Positions 29,289 through 38,237 of a DNA stretch of 60,918 bases are shown here, one piece after another. The stretch is from Balanoglossus misakiensis (Eukaryota > Animalia > Hemichordata): assembly GCA_040954595.2 (NCBI GenBank), contig JBECUI020000051.1:1-60918 (forward strand), in the 5' to 3' direction. The translations under genes and the position numbers were made by a program. Under the pieces are notes generated by a model that saw only the letters and a list, made by a program, of their open reading frames with translations, searched no databases and was not told the DNA's origin. Within the stretch, counting starts at the first letter, position 1, and every line of letters begins with the position of its first letter.

Positions 29289-30788
29289 CTAGACTGGTGC
29301 AGCAATTTTTTGTACGGTGTAAGCAAAAGCTAATATCTTTTTGTCTTTTCCTTTTAGACTCAGATATCCGACCTTCTGCCACTCTTTACGAATTTCAACA
29401 TCCTCCAAGTGATTATATACTGAATCGCTGATCAGTACTGAGCACTGAAGCTGTTTCGTGGCACTTTCCAAGCGTGAAGCGGTATTTACGGTATCGCCAA
29501 TAACCGTAAATTCCAATCGTTCGGGGGATCCGACCAATCCAACAATGGCGCTCCCACGATGGAGCCCGACCCCTATTTGAAGCGTCGGGGCAAACTTTGC
29601 TTGCACTAACTGCTGCATTTCGATAGCAGCAAGGACCGCGTCACGGCTAACGTTTTCTTTACTTTCAATTCCGAAAATCGCCATAAGTCCATCACCAAGA
29701 AACTTATCGATTATACCGTTGTTCCGCGTAATAATTTCTACCATTGACGTGTGAAAGTCATTAAGCCCCTTGATAACCTCACTTGGCTGACTCTGCTCGG
29801 AAAAAGAAGTGAAATTACGGATATCGGCAAACATAACAACGACCTCGTCTTGAAAGCCGCCTAGTTCCAACATATCGTTATCCATTAACCTAGCAGCAAG
29901 ACTCGGACTAACCAGCTTCCCGAACATGCTCTGTATCTTTTTTTTCTCTTTTAATTCACCGCTAATATCATTGACGTGATTAATCAAGAGAGCAAACTCA
30001 TCGTGAGAGAAAACAGGCACCGATTCATCATAGTTGCCACCTGCAATCTGGTCCATCTTCTGCACAAGAAGATAAAAATAAAGAGACAGATTTCGTGAAT
30101 AATTAATGATCAACTTGATAACAAGTCCAAGGAATATACCAATAACAAAGAGCGTTTCTTTAAGCACAGAGGCAATAACTTCTGCCTCGGGAATTGTTCC
30201 AACATTTCTTGCAGTCCAGATAAAATTTTTGTATGTAACTAGAGTAATAGCAATTCCTGCCATACTGATCGATAAAGCCCCAAAAAGCAATATCTTCCAA
30301 CGTAAAGAGACAAACTTATCAAAGACAATGTTTGCACCGCCACGCTTTTGTTGCTTATAAATAAGGAAGCGCTCCCGAGTATTTATCATTTCTATACAGA
30401 AAAATAAACCGGGAAGAATGGCTCCAAAGAGCATCTTTAAAATTCCTTCGGCATGAAATTGATACGAGACGATCCCCCAGATTGTGCCCATTATTCCCCA
30501 CAGAACAAAAAAGGATGCTTCAAAGCAAAAATAAGCCATGTTTGATGAATTCGTAATGGCATCTTTCCAACGAAAGAAAAGACTACAGCGAATCAAATAC
30601 AAGACAGCAATAAACCCACCCAGAGCTGATAATGTTGGATAAAATGTAATACCTGTTACAAATGGACAGGCTTGTCCACCATAAGCAGATAATAACAACC
30701 ATGCAATAACATAATAATGCACACTATCCCAAACAGGTGAAAACCCCGTCTTCTCTCTATGTTTAACACGTTGCACTAATTGGTTCAC
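29289..30788 (-). CDS. Membrane-bound class III adenylate cyclase with HAMP domain
   Basis: N-terminal TM segments, HAMP (DEF..L), FADIRNFT, DKFLGDG, IGDTVNTASRLE. Confidence 0.9.
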   Translation of the reverse strand: MNQLVQRVKHREKTGFSPVWDSVHYYVIAWLLLSAYGGQACPFVTGITFYPTLSALGGFIAVLYLIRCSLFFRWKDAITNSSNMAYFCFEASFFVLWGIMGTIWGIVSYQFHAEGILKMLFGAILPGLFFCIEMINTRERFLIYKQQKRGGANIVFDKFVSLRWKILLFGALSISMAGIAITLVTYKNFIWTARNVGTIPEAEVIASVLKETLFVIGIFLGLVIKLIINYSRNLSLYFYLLVQKMDQIAGGNYDESVPVFSHDEFALLINHVNDISGELKEKKKIQSMFGKLVSPSLAARLMDNDMLELGGFQDEVVVMFADIRNFTSFSEQSQPSEVIKGLNDFHTSMVEIITRNNGIIDKFLGDGLMAIFGIESKENVSRDAVLAAIEMQQLVQAKFAPTLQIGVGLHRGSAIVGLVGSPERLEFTVIGDTVNTASRLESATKQLQCSVLISDSVYNHLEDVEIRKEWQKVGYLSLKGKDKKILAFAYTVQKIAAPV

Positions 30789-30850
30789 TGTAAATCTCCT
30801 CTATCACTACACCTATATATAATAATAGCATATTTTACTATATTATCATA

Positions 30851-31456
30851 ATGGTAATGAATAAAGCAATAACAATAGTATCAGCACATCCCAATATCAA
30901 CAGTTATACATTTGCGATCGCAGATGAATTATCAAAAAACGCTGCTGCATCGCATTCGGTGTACCGCCATAATTTGTATCAGGATGGATTTCAACCTGTG
31001 CTTGATTTAGCATCATTACAGCGACATCTGGCAGATGATAGAATATCTATTCGTTATGCACAAGAAGTACGGGCTTCCGCACTGCTTATTCTTGTCTACC
31101 CAATCTGGTGGGGAATGCCTCCTGCAATAATGAAGGGCTGGCTAGACAAAATACTCATGCCCGGATTTGCCTTTGACTTTCGTACCGATCATGCAGGGTT
31201 TGCATCAAAAGGCCCGAGTGTTGCCTATCCCCAGCTTACCGATACGGATATGTTCATTATCTATACTGCGGATTCCCCCCTTGATACATCGGCAATTAAT
31301 ACGATTTGGAAGGTCTGCATTGCCGATTATATCGGTATTAGAAGACTTCATATCCGATCCCTAGAGAATCTGCGGGAACAGACATACAGAAAGAGAACAC
31401 TTTTTATTCAAGAGAATCGCAGCCTCCTTCGCGAGATTCTCCAGCTACCCGCCTAA
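30851..31456 (+). CDS. Flavodoxin-fold NAD(P)H:quinone oxidoreductase (MdaB/KefF-like)
   Basis: AHPN..S, YPIWWGMPPAIMKGWLDKILMPGFAF. Confidence 0.88.
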   Translation: MVMNKAITIVSAHPNINSYTFAIADELSKNAAASHSVYRHNLYQDGFQPVLDLASLQRHLADDRISIRYAQEVRASALLILVYPIWWGMPPAIMKGWLDKILMPGFAFDFRTDHAGFASKGPSVAYPQLTDTDMFIIYTADSPLDTSAINTIWKVCIADYIGIRRLHIRSLENLREQTYRKRTLFIQENRSLLREILQLPA

Positions 31457-31720
31457 GGTATTCAGTACATCAGGAATATGCATGGGAGAAACTATACGTA
31501 TGCGTTTCAGCCGTGACCGTTCACCCGAAAGAATAGTAACCGCTGTCTTACTTACTCGAAACTGCCCTGCTAAGCACTTGCGTAACTGCTCGTTGGCCTT
31601 GCCGTCTACCGGAGATGCCCTCAGGCTAATCTTGATGCTCTCATTATGCATGCCAATAATGGCATTGTTTCGTGCATTGGTCTGTACCCGAACCATGAAA
31701 ATGAGTTCATCTTTTTTCAT
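31445..31720 (-). CDS. DUF167 (YggU-like) protein
   Basis: VRVQTNAR, PVDGKAN, SGERSRLK. Confidence 0.88.
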   Translation of the reverse strand: MKKDELIFMVRVQTNARNNAIIGMHNESIKISLRASPVDGKANEQLRKCLAGQFRVSKTAVTILSGERSRLKRIRIVSPMHIPDVLNTLGG

Positions 31721-31896
31721 CGCCTGCTCACCGCCCGTATTATTCTCTCTACGCTCGAACTGTATTGTCCACCGAACAGGTGATTCAAAAGATGATAGAG
31801 CTTATATACATCCCTCTCGTACTCAGGTGGGAGTGGATATTCTTTTGCATAAGAATGATAAAGATCAGGCAAAAATCCCGAAAAGAACTCAGTCAT
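31717..31896 (-). pseudogene. Diverged duplicate of the fructosamine-kinase 3' end, still an open 59-codon ORF
   Basis: 31728-31898 aligns to 41538-41728 with about 9 substitutions and deletions of 8, 6 and 6 bp. It reads MTEFFSGFLPDLYHSYAKEYPLPPEYERDVYKLYHLLNHLFGGQYSSSVERIIRAVSRR*. Confidence 0.85.
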
Positions 31897-31904
31897 AGGG
31901 CGCC

Positions 31905-33086
31905 TTATCCGTGGTCGACATACAATACGTTCGCAAGTATCAGAAACACTGCCCCAATCACCTTACGTCGCGGATCTGACGCCGCATTCACCACTGATAT
32001 GTCGGATATCGGTTGGCAGGCCTCTACTACCCTCATGTAAATCAAATCAAAAAAAGATTTTTCAAGAAAACTTTCGCCAAATAAGATAATTTTTTTGCTG
32101 TCAATAATCTTTTCTACAATTGATATGGCTATGCTAATACACTTCGCAGTGTGTTCCATTACTTCGTACAGTCGAAGATCTTTGTCTGCATGCCTAAATA
32201 CAGTGTGTGCCTTGAGCGTTTCTATTGAAGTATGCCCTTCAAATAAATAGGGAAACTCCTGCTTGTAATTGGGAATGGCTTGTATCAAATTTCTTAATGT
32301 TTCTTCTGATGTTAAGGCTTCTAAACAATTGAGTTTTCCGCATACTTTGCAAGATATCTGATAATCCGAATGATATGGCAGTTCTATATGACTTATCTCA
32401 CCGGCTACTCCGTGTTCGCCCTTAAATATTTTTCCATGAACCCAGAATGCCATGCCTATTCTTGGTGCATATTTTACACATATAAAATTATCGTTAAACT
32501 GATTGAGCATGTATTCGGCATAGGCAAGACTATGTACATTGTTGCCTTTTAAGACGTGGATGTTGTACTTTGTTTCAAAATATGTTTGTGTGTATGTGCT
32601 CAAGGAATCTAAAACCTGCCATTCTTTGGTTAGTCCTGATATTTTTATTTCGCTACCCGGCATGGTAAGCCCTACACCCAAAATTTGTGACGGAACTATA
32701 TTGGCTTCTTGTATGCCTTCCTGAAAAATACGAGAAATGTTTTCTTTCCAAAAACTTTCCATGTTTTTTAGATCCATGCTTTTTGTTAGATGAAATTCGC
32801 ATTCACCTAAGCAGTTCGCTATAGCAAATTCTATATGATCAATTTCAAAGGCAACAGCAACTACATAGCCAAACCCTTTGTTAATGCCTAATACAACCTT
32901 ATTCCTGCCGACAGAACGAGAAAGAATATTTCCCTCTTGCCTAACTATGCCCAACTGTATCAGTTTGCTTGAATACTGAGAGACCGCGGCTCTTGTCAGT
33001 CCTAATGAACTTGCTATATCACGTTGAGATATGTCTGACCTCTTAAAGATTTCATATAAGATTTTCTTCTCTGTATTATTAAACAT
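31905..33086 (-). CDS. ROK-family transcriptional repressor
   Basis: N-terminal wHTH (SQRDIASSLGLTRAAVS...GR), GEISH and CxxCGxxNCLE zinc motif. Confidence 0.9.
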   Translation of the reverse strand: MFNNTEKKILYEIFKRSDISQRDIASSLGLTRAAVSQYSSKLIQLGIVRQEGNILSRSVGRNKVVLGINKGFGYVVAVAFEIDHIEFAIANCLGECEFHLTKSMDLKNMESFWKENISRIFQEGIQEANIVPSQILGVGLTMPGSEIKISGLTKEWQVLDSLSTYTQTYFETKYNIHVLKGNNVHSLAYAEYMLNQFNDNFICVKYAPRIGMAFWVHGKIFKGEHGVAGEISHIELPYHSDYQISCKVCGKLNCLEALTSEETLRNLIQAIPNYKQEFPYLFEGHTSIETLKAHTVFRHADKDLRLYEVMEHTAKCISIAISIVEKIIDSKKIILFGESFLEKSFFDLIYMRVVEACQPISDISVVNAASDPRRKVIGAVFLILANVLYVDHG

Positions 33087-33237
33087 TAGCTGACCCCATT
33101 ATATTAAAAACTAGAAAGTATTGGTAATCAAGATGCAGAGTGTTTCGCATATTATAGAAATCAGCAGTGTACGGGTCTGATTCCTGTCGTGTAGAAAAAA
33201 ACCTATAAGAATAGAAAAATATACCTGTCTATATTTA

Positions 33238-33876
33238 TTATAGTATAATTTCTATATTCTCACCATGTAATAACACTTCTGCACCTTGCTCGATAAGCCA
33301 ATCTGCATCTCGATGAGCAAGCATCCATTTGTCCCGCCTAAAAAGATATCCCGGGGTGATATGTTCCGAACACATATCATTTGTTCCACGTGGCAATATA
33401 ATAACACTCTTAAATCCATGTTTGCTCACACTGCAGGGGGCAAAATGTAATACACGTGGGTACAATTCGACAGCACTCTCGCGTTGTACATAAAAAGATG
33501 CCAAATCCGATGTCTTATAACTATGATCTGAGGCAATATATTTCGGCAAACCAAGAAGAAGAACCAGATCAGTAACTGCAAAAATCACTTCTGCACTTTT
33601 ATGATATTCCAAGGCGTTCAGGCTGTTTCTCCATCCATTGCAAACACCGGCTTGGATATTAACATCGCCAAATGTATGTTGCTTAATAAAATGATATTCC
33701 TTCGTTTCTTCCAAAGAAGGCATAGAGGCTATGTACTCATTTCCATCTTTTGGTAGAGACATAGCACCAACTATGTCAAGTGATCTATGTATATCAACTC
33801 CTGTGATAATAGTCCCATACTCATTAAAGGATCTGTCTGTAATCAAAGGAATATCTGTCGTATTAATTTGTCTCAT
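33238..33876 (-). CDS. DUF4867 protein (SftX/SqvB-like, associated with sulfoglycolysis)
   Basis: F.EYG, G.CNG...LNALEYHKSAEV, ELY...LHFAPC, ILPRGTN, KW.LAH, GENI. Confidence 0.82.
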   Translation of the reverse strand: MRQINTTDIPLITDRSFNEYGTIITGVDIHRSLDIVGAMSLPKDGNEYIASMPSLEETKEYHFIKQHTFGDVNIQAGVCNGWRNSLNALEYHKSAEVIFAVTDLVLLLGLPKYIASDHSYKTSDLASFYVQRESAVELYPRVLHFAPCSVSKHGFKSVIILPRGTNDMCSEHITPGYLFRRDKWMLAHRDADWLIEQGAEVLLHGENIEIIL

Positions 33877-33906
33877 ACATGTACTTCCTGCCTATGTTTA
33901 CAATTA

Positions 33907-34770
33907 CTATTGTCCTGCTTTTTCAACAACATTGTACGTTGCAGAAAAATCTTCTTTCCCGATCCCCTCGTCCATTGCCTTATCGTATATGGATAAGATA
34001 TGCTTGACGACAGGAAGATTGAGCCCAAGGTTAGACACAAATTCGTCGGCAAGATGAACATCTTTGTGCATATTCTCTACTGAAAAAGCCGTAGTGAAAT
34101 TTTTATTTTTTATTGCGAGCCCCTTTGCATCGAGGTAGAAGTTTTGTCCGCCGCCGTAGGATATCGCCGGCATAAAATCTTCAATATCTATGCCCGCTTT
34201 TTGTGCAAGTAGGATCATTTCGTTCACGCCGTTTTGTATTTGTGCAACAAGCATATTATGTATCAATTTCATAATAAGCCCTTGTCCGTTCCCTCCCAGA
34301 TGAATGATATTGTTTCCTATACAAAGCAATAGATCTCTTACTTTTTCGTATGTTGCTTTATCTCCGCCTACATAGATACCAAGCGTACCTTCTAGCGCTG
34401 CAGCCTTGCTTTTTACAACAGGCGCATCGAGCATAACTGCCCCTTGGGCGGCTATCTTTTTTGCTATCTGACGAGAAACCTTCGGCGAGATGGTACTCAT
34501 ATCTACAAATATCTGACCACTTTGTACACTATCTATAAAGCCTTCGTATACAGATTGTACATGTTCGCTCTTGGGCAACATACTAAAAATAACATCACTT
34601 TTTTGTACGACATCAGCAGCAGACGTACCAGCCTCTGCCCCCTTTGATACAATCAAATCTACTTGAGCTGTATTCACATCAAATACAATCACAGCGCAAC
34701 CTGATTTCCTTAAAAGATTTTCACTCATGGACTCGCCCATGATTCCAATTCCAATAAAGCCTATTTTCAT
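33907..34770 (-). CDS. beta-hydroxyacid dehydrogenase family; probable sulfolactaldehyde reductase
   Basis: IGFIGIGIMG, DMSTISP, DAPVVKS, catalytic K in MKLIHN; adjacent to the SF transaldolase gene. Confidence 0.78.
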   Translation of the reverse strand: MKIGFIGIGIMGESMSENLLRKSGCAVIVFDVNTAQVDLIVSKGAEAGTSAADVVQKSDVIFSMLPKSEHVQSVYEGFIDSVQSGQIFVDMSTISPKVSRQIAKKIAAQGAVMLDAPVVKSKAAALEGTLGIYVGGDKATYEKVRDLLLCIGNNIIHLGGNGQGLIMKLIHNMLVAQIQNGVNEMILLAQKAGIDIEDFMPAISYGGGQNFYLDAKGLAIKNKNFTTAFSVENMHKDVHLADEFVSNLGLNLPVVKHILSIYDKAMDEGIGKEDFSATYNVVEKAGQ

Positions 34771-34779
34771 ACTATTCTC

Positions 34780-35460
34780 CTATTCTTTTGTGTTGTCCCA
34801 CGCATTCTGAAATTTCTTCAACCCATAGTCGGTAAACGGATGATACATGCTATCCAGATACACAGAAAGCCCACATGTTACGATGTCCAGACCTAAACTT
34901 GCTGCTTCTGCAATTTGCTTTCCGTTTCTAATCGCTGCTGTTATTACTTCTGTTTTTGATAAAGTACTATAGTTGTCTAAGACCTGTCGAATAGTAGAAA
35001 GATAGTCTATGCAGTCTTCTCCGCTATTCTCCTTCCAAGCAACAAATGGCGATACAAACGATGCCTTTACTCGTGCCGCGGCTAATGCTTGTGATGGTGA
35101 AAACACCAATGTAACGTTCGTTCTGATTCCCTTTTCTTCTAGTTTCCTTGCTGCAATAATTCCCTCTACTGTACAAGGCACTTTTATCACGAAGTATTCT
35201 GATATCTTTGCAATATCCTCTGCTGCCGCGAGCATATGCTCAGATTTCTCCAAATGAGGATCAATTTCGATAGAGATTGGGAATACATCCGGACTGCCCG
35301 CGTTCTTCTTTGCCCATGCAGATAACTCTGAGACTACTTCTTTGTTTGAATGCCCACTATTCATTACATGGTTCGGGTTCGTTGTTACCCCATCTATTCC
35401 AAATGAGTAAAATGCTTCATCAACTTCATTGAGTTTTGCACTGTCTAAAAAATATTTCAT
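34780..35460 (-). CDS. Probable 6-deoxy-6-sulfofructose transaldolase (SftT/SqvA-like)
   Basis: MKYFLDSA, IDGVTTNP.H.MNSG, FPIS.EI.PHL, VIKVPCT, TNVTLVFSPSQAL, SPFVAWKENSG (W where ordinary transaldolases have GR), AIRNGKQI, FTDYGL.KF.NAWDNT. All match my recollection of Bacillus SF transaldolase. Confidence 0.85.
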   Translation of the reverse strand: MKYFLDSAKLNEVDEAFYSFGIDGVTTNPNHVMNSGHSNKEVVSELSAWAKKNAGSPDVFPISIEIDPHLEKSEHMLAAAEDIAKISEYFVIKVPCTVEGIIAARKLEEKGIRTNVTLVFSPSQALAAARVKASFVSPFVAWKENSGEDCIDYLSTIRQVLDNYSTLSKTEVITAAIRNGKQIAEAASLGLDIVTCGLSVYLDSMYHPFTDYGLKKFQNAWDNTKE

Positions 35461-35477
35461 AACTTCTCCTTAATTAA

Positions 35478-35494
35478 TTAATTAATTTACTTAA
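35478..35494. promoter_or_regulatory. Candidate ROK operator, copy 1 (TTAATTAATTTACTTAA)
   Basis: Imperfect palindrome identical to 41385-41401, lying between the -10 box and the RBS of the transaldolase gene. Confidence 0.7.
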
Positions 35495-35508
35495 ATATCT
35501 TTTTCTAT

Positions 35509-35538
35509 ATTCTACCACGTGATTTCTTTTTTTGTCAA
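35509..35538 (-). promoter_or_regulatory. Internal sigma70-type promoter for transaldolase-reductase-DUF4867
   Basis: Minus strand TTGACA (35538-35533), 18 bp spacer, TAGAAT (35514-35509) with TG extension. Confidence 0.68.
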
Positions 35539-36302
35539 GATAAAATCAAGGATCGGTAGAGCAATATACTATGAGCAATGAGCAGGCGGAATCCTATTAT
35601 TATCAAGAATACATAAACTATTTTGTGATAGTCTATTTTTGTATTGAGTGATAACTCGAAGGCCTTGAGTCCAAGAATTGTTCCTATGATAAATCCCGGC
35701 AATGCCCATAGTATATTTATTCCAAGCGCTGCGGTGAAAAATCCGTTTATCCAAAATCCTATTAATGCGCCTATCATCTGAATCATGAAAAACATTGATA
35801 GTGTCGCCTTCGTTCTCTGTGGAGACCATGCCTTGCTTGATAGAAATGCAATAACAGGTGGTCCGGGTTCTCCTACTGATGCACCTAATGATCCTGATAA
35901 GAATCCTGCGATAGAATTTTTCAATAAGGACGATTCTTCTTCGTTGTTATATGTATCCGGTTTTTTTTGCAATAGAAAATATATGCCCGAAACAACTAAT
36001 ATCGCTCCCATCGCAATAAGAATAATATCCTTGTCTAATACTTTTAGCAGCCATGCACCTAAAAACGTTCCGGGTAAAGCCCCTATTACTAAAAATATAA
36101 CATCCTTCTTCACCACGTGTTTGTACATTTTGAACACTATGGGAAATGTTACGAGCCAGCCATATATCCCCGCAAGTGGTACGCTTACTTGAGGAGCGAC
36201 AAATAGCGAGAGGGTCGATACCGATACGAGTGCCAAGCCAAACCCTGTAAATCCTTGTACAAAGGAGGCAAAGAAGAGTATTATGGAGAACAAAAATTCC
36301 AT
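35535..36302 (-). CDS. TauE/SafE-family sulfonate exporter
   Basis: FVQGFTGFGLALV, ALPGTFLGA, GEPGPPV; about 8 TM segments. Confidence 0.87.
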   Translation of the reverse strand: MEFLFSIILFFASFVQGFTGFGLALVSVSTLSLFVAPQVSVPLAGIYGWLVTFPIVFKMYKHVVKKDVIFLVIGALPGTFLGAWLLKVLDKDIILIAMGAILVVSGIYFLLQKKPDTYNNEEESSLLKNSIAGFLSGSLGASVGEPGPPVIAFLSSKAWSPQRTKATLSMFFMIQMIGALIGFWINGFFTAALGINILWALPGFIIGTILGLKAFELSLNTKIDYHKIVYVFLIIIGFRLLIAHSILLYRSLILS

Positions 36303-36305
36303 ATG

Positions 36306-37067
36306 CTATGTAGTTATCTTTGTACTTGTACCCTTCATAAAATCCTTGTTTTTATCTCCCACCCAGTATCGATTGCCTGCAATACACCAAATAAAACATA
36401 AGGGTTCCTCATGGCTAAATACGGGATGATAATTAAGAAGTGGTATGGTTATATGGTCACCTACTTCGACGGATGTTACAAAACTCAGCTTCTCGTCGTT
36501 TTCATATACTTGCATAGCTCCACTTCCTTCGATAAAACTGTAGCATTCTTCCTGGTCTGTATGATTGTGTGGTGGCCATGCCCTTGTTTTAGATTCGTAA
36601 AAGGTGTATCCCGCCATAAACTTGTTTGCTTTTTCAGAAACGTCAAACATAAGATAGACCTTTTTTTTGTGCAATAGCCGCAATCGTTCCTTATCTGCGT
36701 TTATTTTTTTCCACTTTGAATGGAAGACTGGGTGTTTTTCATTCCCTATCGCTCTGTATACATACAAATGACCTATATTTTTTTTGTCTTTGTGTTCTAC
36801 ATAAAATTCTGTATCTATGGGAATATACAATGTATCGCGTGATTCCAATATATATTTTTTCCCTTCTACAACACAATCTACTTTTGATCCTAAATTGAAA
36901 ATTAACACCTCTTCTTTTTTGTATCCCAATGTCATGGATCTTGTCTGATCAATTCTCAATTCGGCTAAACTAAGAAATTCTAAGTGAGAGTTAGATTGAT
37001 TAAATATTTCAATAAGCTCACACTCGGCACTTTCTACATTAAATTTTTTCCCATCCTTTAACTTCAT
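36306..37067 (-). CDS. IolB/KduI-family bicupin isomerase (candidate SQ isomerase)
   Basis: RDTLYIP, metal motif WPPHNH..QEE.Y, GD...IP..YHP, W.IAG. Confidence 0.72.
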   Translation of the reverse strand: MKLKDGKKFNVESAECELIEIFNQSNSHLEFLSLAELRIDQTRSMTLGYKKEEVLIFNLGSKVDCVVEGKKYILESRDTLYIPIDTEFYVEHKDKKNIGHLYVYRAIGNEKHPVFHSKWKKINADKERLRLLHKKKVYLMFDVSEKANKFMAGYTFYESKTRAWPPHNHTDQEECYSFIEGSGAMQVYENDEKLSFVTSVEVGDHITIPLLNYHPVFSHEEPLCFIWCIAGNRYWVGDKNKDFMKGTSTKITT

Positions 37068-37083
37068 ACTGTCTGCCCCTTTT

Positions 37084-38208
37084 TTATAATTCTATTACTT
37101 TTTTTGTTTTGATCGATTCTTCTGCTGCTAGTCCAATAAGTACTGCTTTTATACCGTCATCTATACCAACTTCGACCCTTCCTTTACCTTGTATAACTTC
37201 ATTGAATTTTTTATGTTGATGAAAAGTCGAACCATGATGGTCCCCAGCGCTCTGTAGACTGCTATCTATTTCTATGTCTTTGCTTATGGGACCTTTCGGG
37301 TTTCGTGGACTTACAACAAGTTGAGACTTTCTATGTTCTCCCACAAAGCCTGTAGAATGTCCTATTTCCGACAAATCGTTTACCGCCCATATCCGATCTG
37401 GCCCCGGTACCTTGCATTCTATTTTCCCCTTGTCTCCCAACACAGTAATTTCTTCTTGAAAATATGAACCATCACAAAACATACAGAGATCCAAGGAAGC
37501 TCGTTTTCCAGACTTAAAATCCACTATTACATAGGCATTATCTATAATATCAGGGATCTTGCCTTCGTATCTTTCGTCCAGAAAATTTAGGTCTGCAGCC
37601 CCCGAGGCATATACACGCACTGCCTCATCTGCGGCAAGGAGCCTCATCAAATCAAAAAAATGACAACATTTTTCAACAAGAGTGCCGCCTGTGTTTCTGT
37701 TAAACCGGTTCCAGTTGCCTACTTTTGTAAGGAAAGGAAATCTATGTTCTCTTATAGAAATCATCTTGCTGTTTCCAACAATCCCTTTCTGTACTTGCTC
37801 TATCATCTCAGACACAGCTTGCATGTATCGGTATTCCATTGCTACCCATATCGATGATTTGTAAGAGGCTGCTTGTTCTAAAATTTCATCGCATGCTTCT
37901 CGACTCGTACAGAGTGGCTTTTCTACTAAAACAGGTCGGCTGTCTGTCTTGAAAATATCTCGTAAAATGTCTACATGCGTATAGTTGGGTGATGCAATAA
38001 CAAATGCATCTATATTACTGTCTTTTAATAACTCGGTGTGGCTATCGTATGCTGTTGCATTCTTTAATAGTTCGAGAGAAAGTCCTTGTTGTTCTTTATC
38101 AGGATCGGATATTGCAACTACTTCTGTATTTTCTAGTAAAAGAATATTTTGAATGTGCTCTCGTCCCATCATGCCAGAACCTATTATTCCATATTTTATA
38201 TTTTGCAT
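37084..38208 (-). CDS. Gfo/Idh/MocA protein; probable NAD+-dependent sulfoquinovosidase (GH188/SqgA-type)
   Basis: Start MQNIKYG at 38208. GIIGSGMMGREH, VEKP, MEYRY, REHRFPFLTKVGNWNRF..NTGGTLVEKCCHFFDL, LCMF, HHGST. Confidence 0.8.
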   Translation of the reverse strand: MQNIKYGIIGSGMMGREHIQNILLLENTEVVAISDPDKEQQGLSLELLKNATAYDSHTELLKDSNIDAFVIASPNYTHVDILRDIFKTDSRPVLVEKPLCTSREACDEILEQAASYKSSIWVAMEYRYMQAVSEMIEQVQKGIVGNSKMISIREHRFPFLTKVGNWNRFNRNTGGTLVEKCCHFFDLMRLLAADEAVRVYASGAADLNFLDERYEGKIPDIIDNAYVIVDFKSGKRASLDLCMFCDGSYFQEEITVLGDKGKIECKVPGPDRIWAVNDLSEIGHSTGFVGEHRKSQLVVSPRNPKGPISKDIEIDSSLQSAGDHHGSTFHQHKKFNEVIQGKGRVEVGIDDGIKAVLIGLAAEESIKTKKVIEL

Positions 38209-38237
38209 ACAATTCTTCTCATCTTGCTTATCTCTTT

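Noticed and set aside
36306-38208. myo-inositol catabolism (iolG + iolB)
   Set aside because: There is no iolC, iolD or iolE. The neighbours (SF-type transaldolase, DUF4867, TauE) and the GH188-like motifs point to sulfoquinovose.
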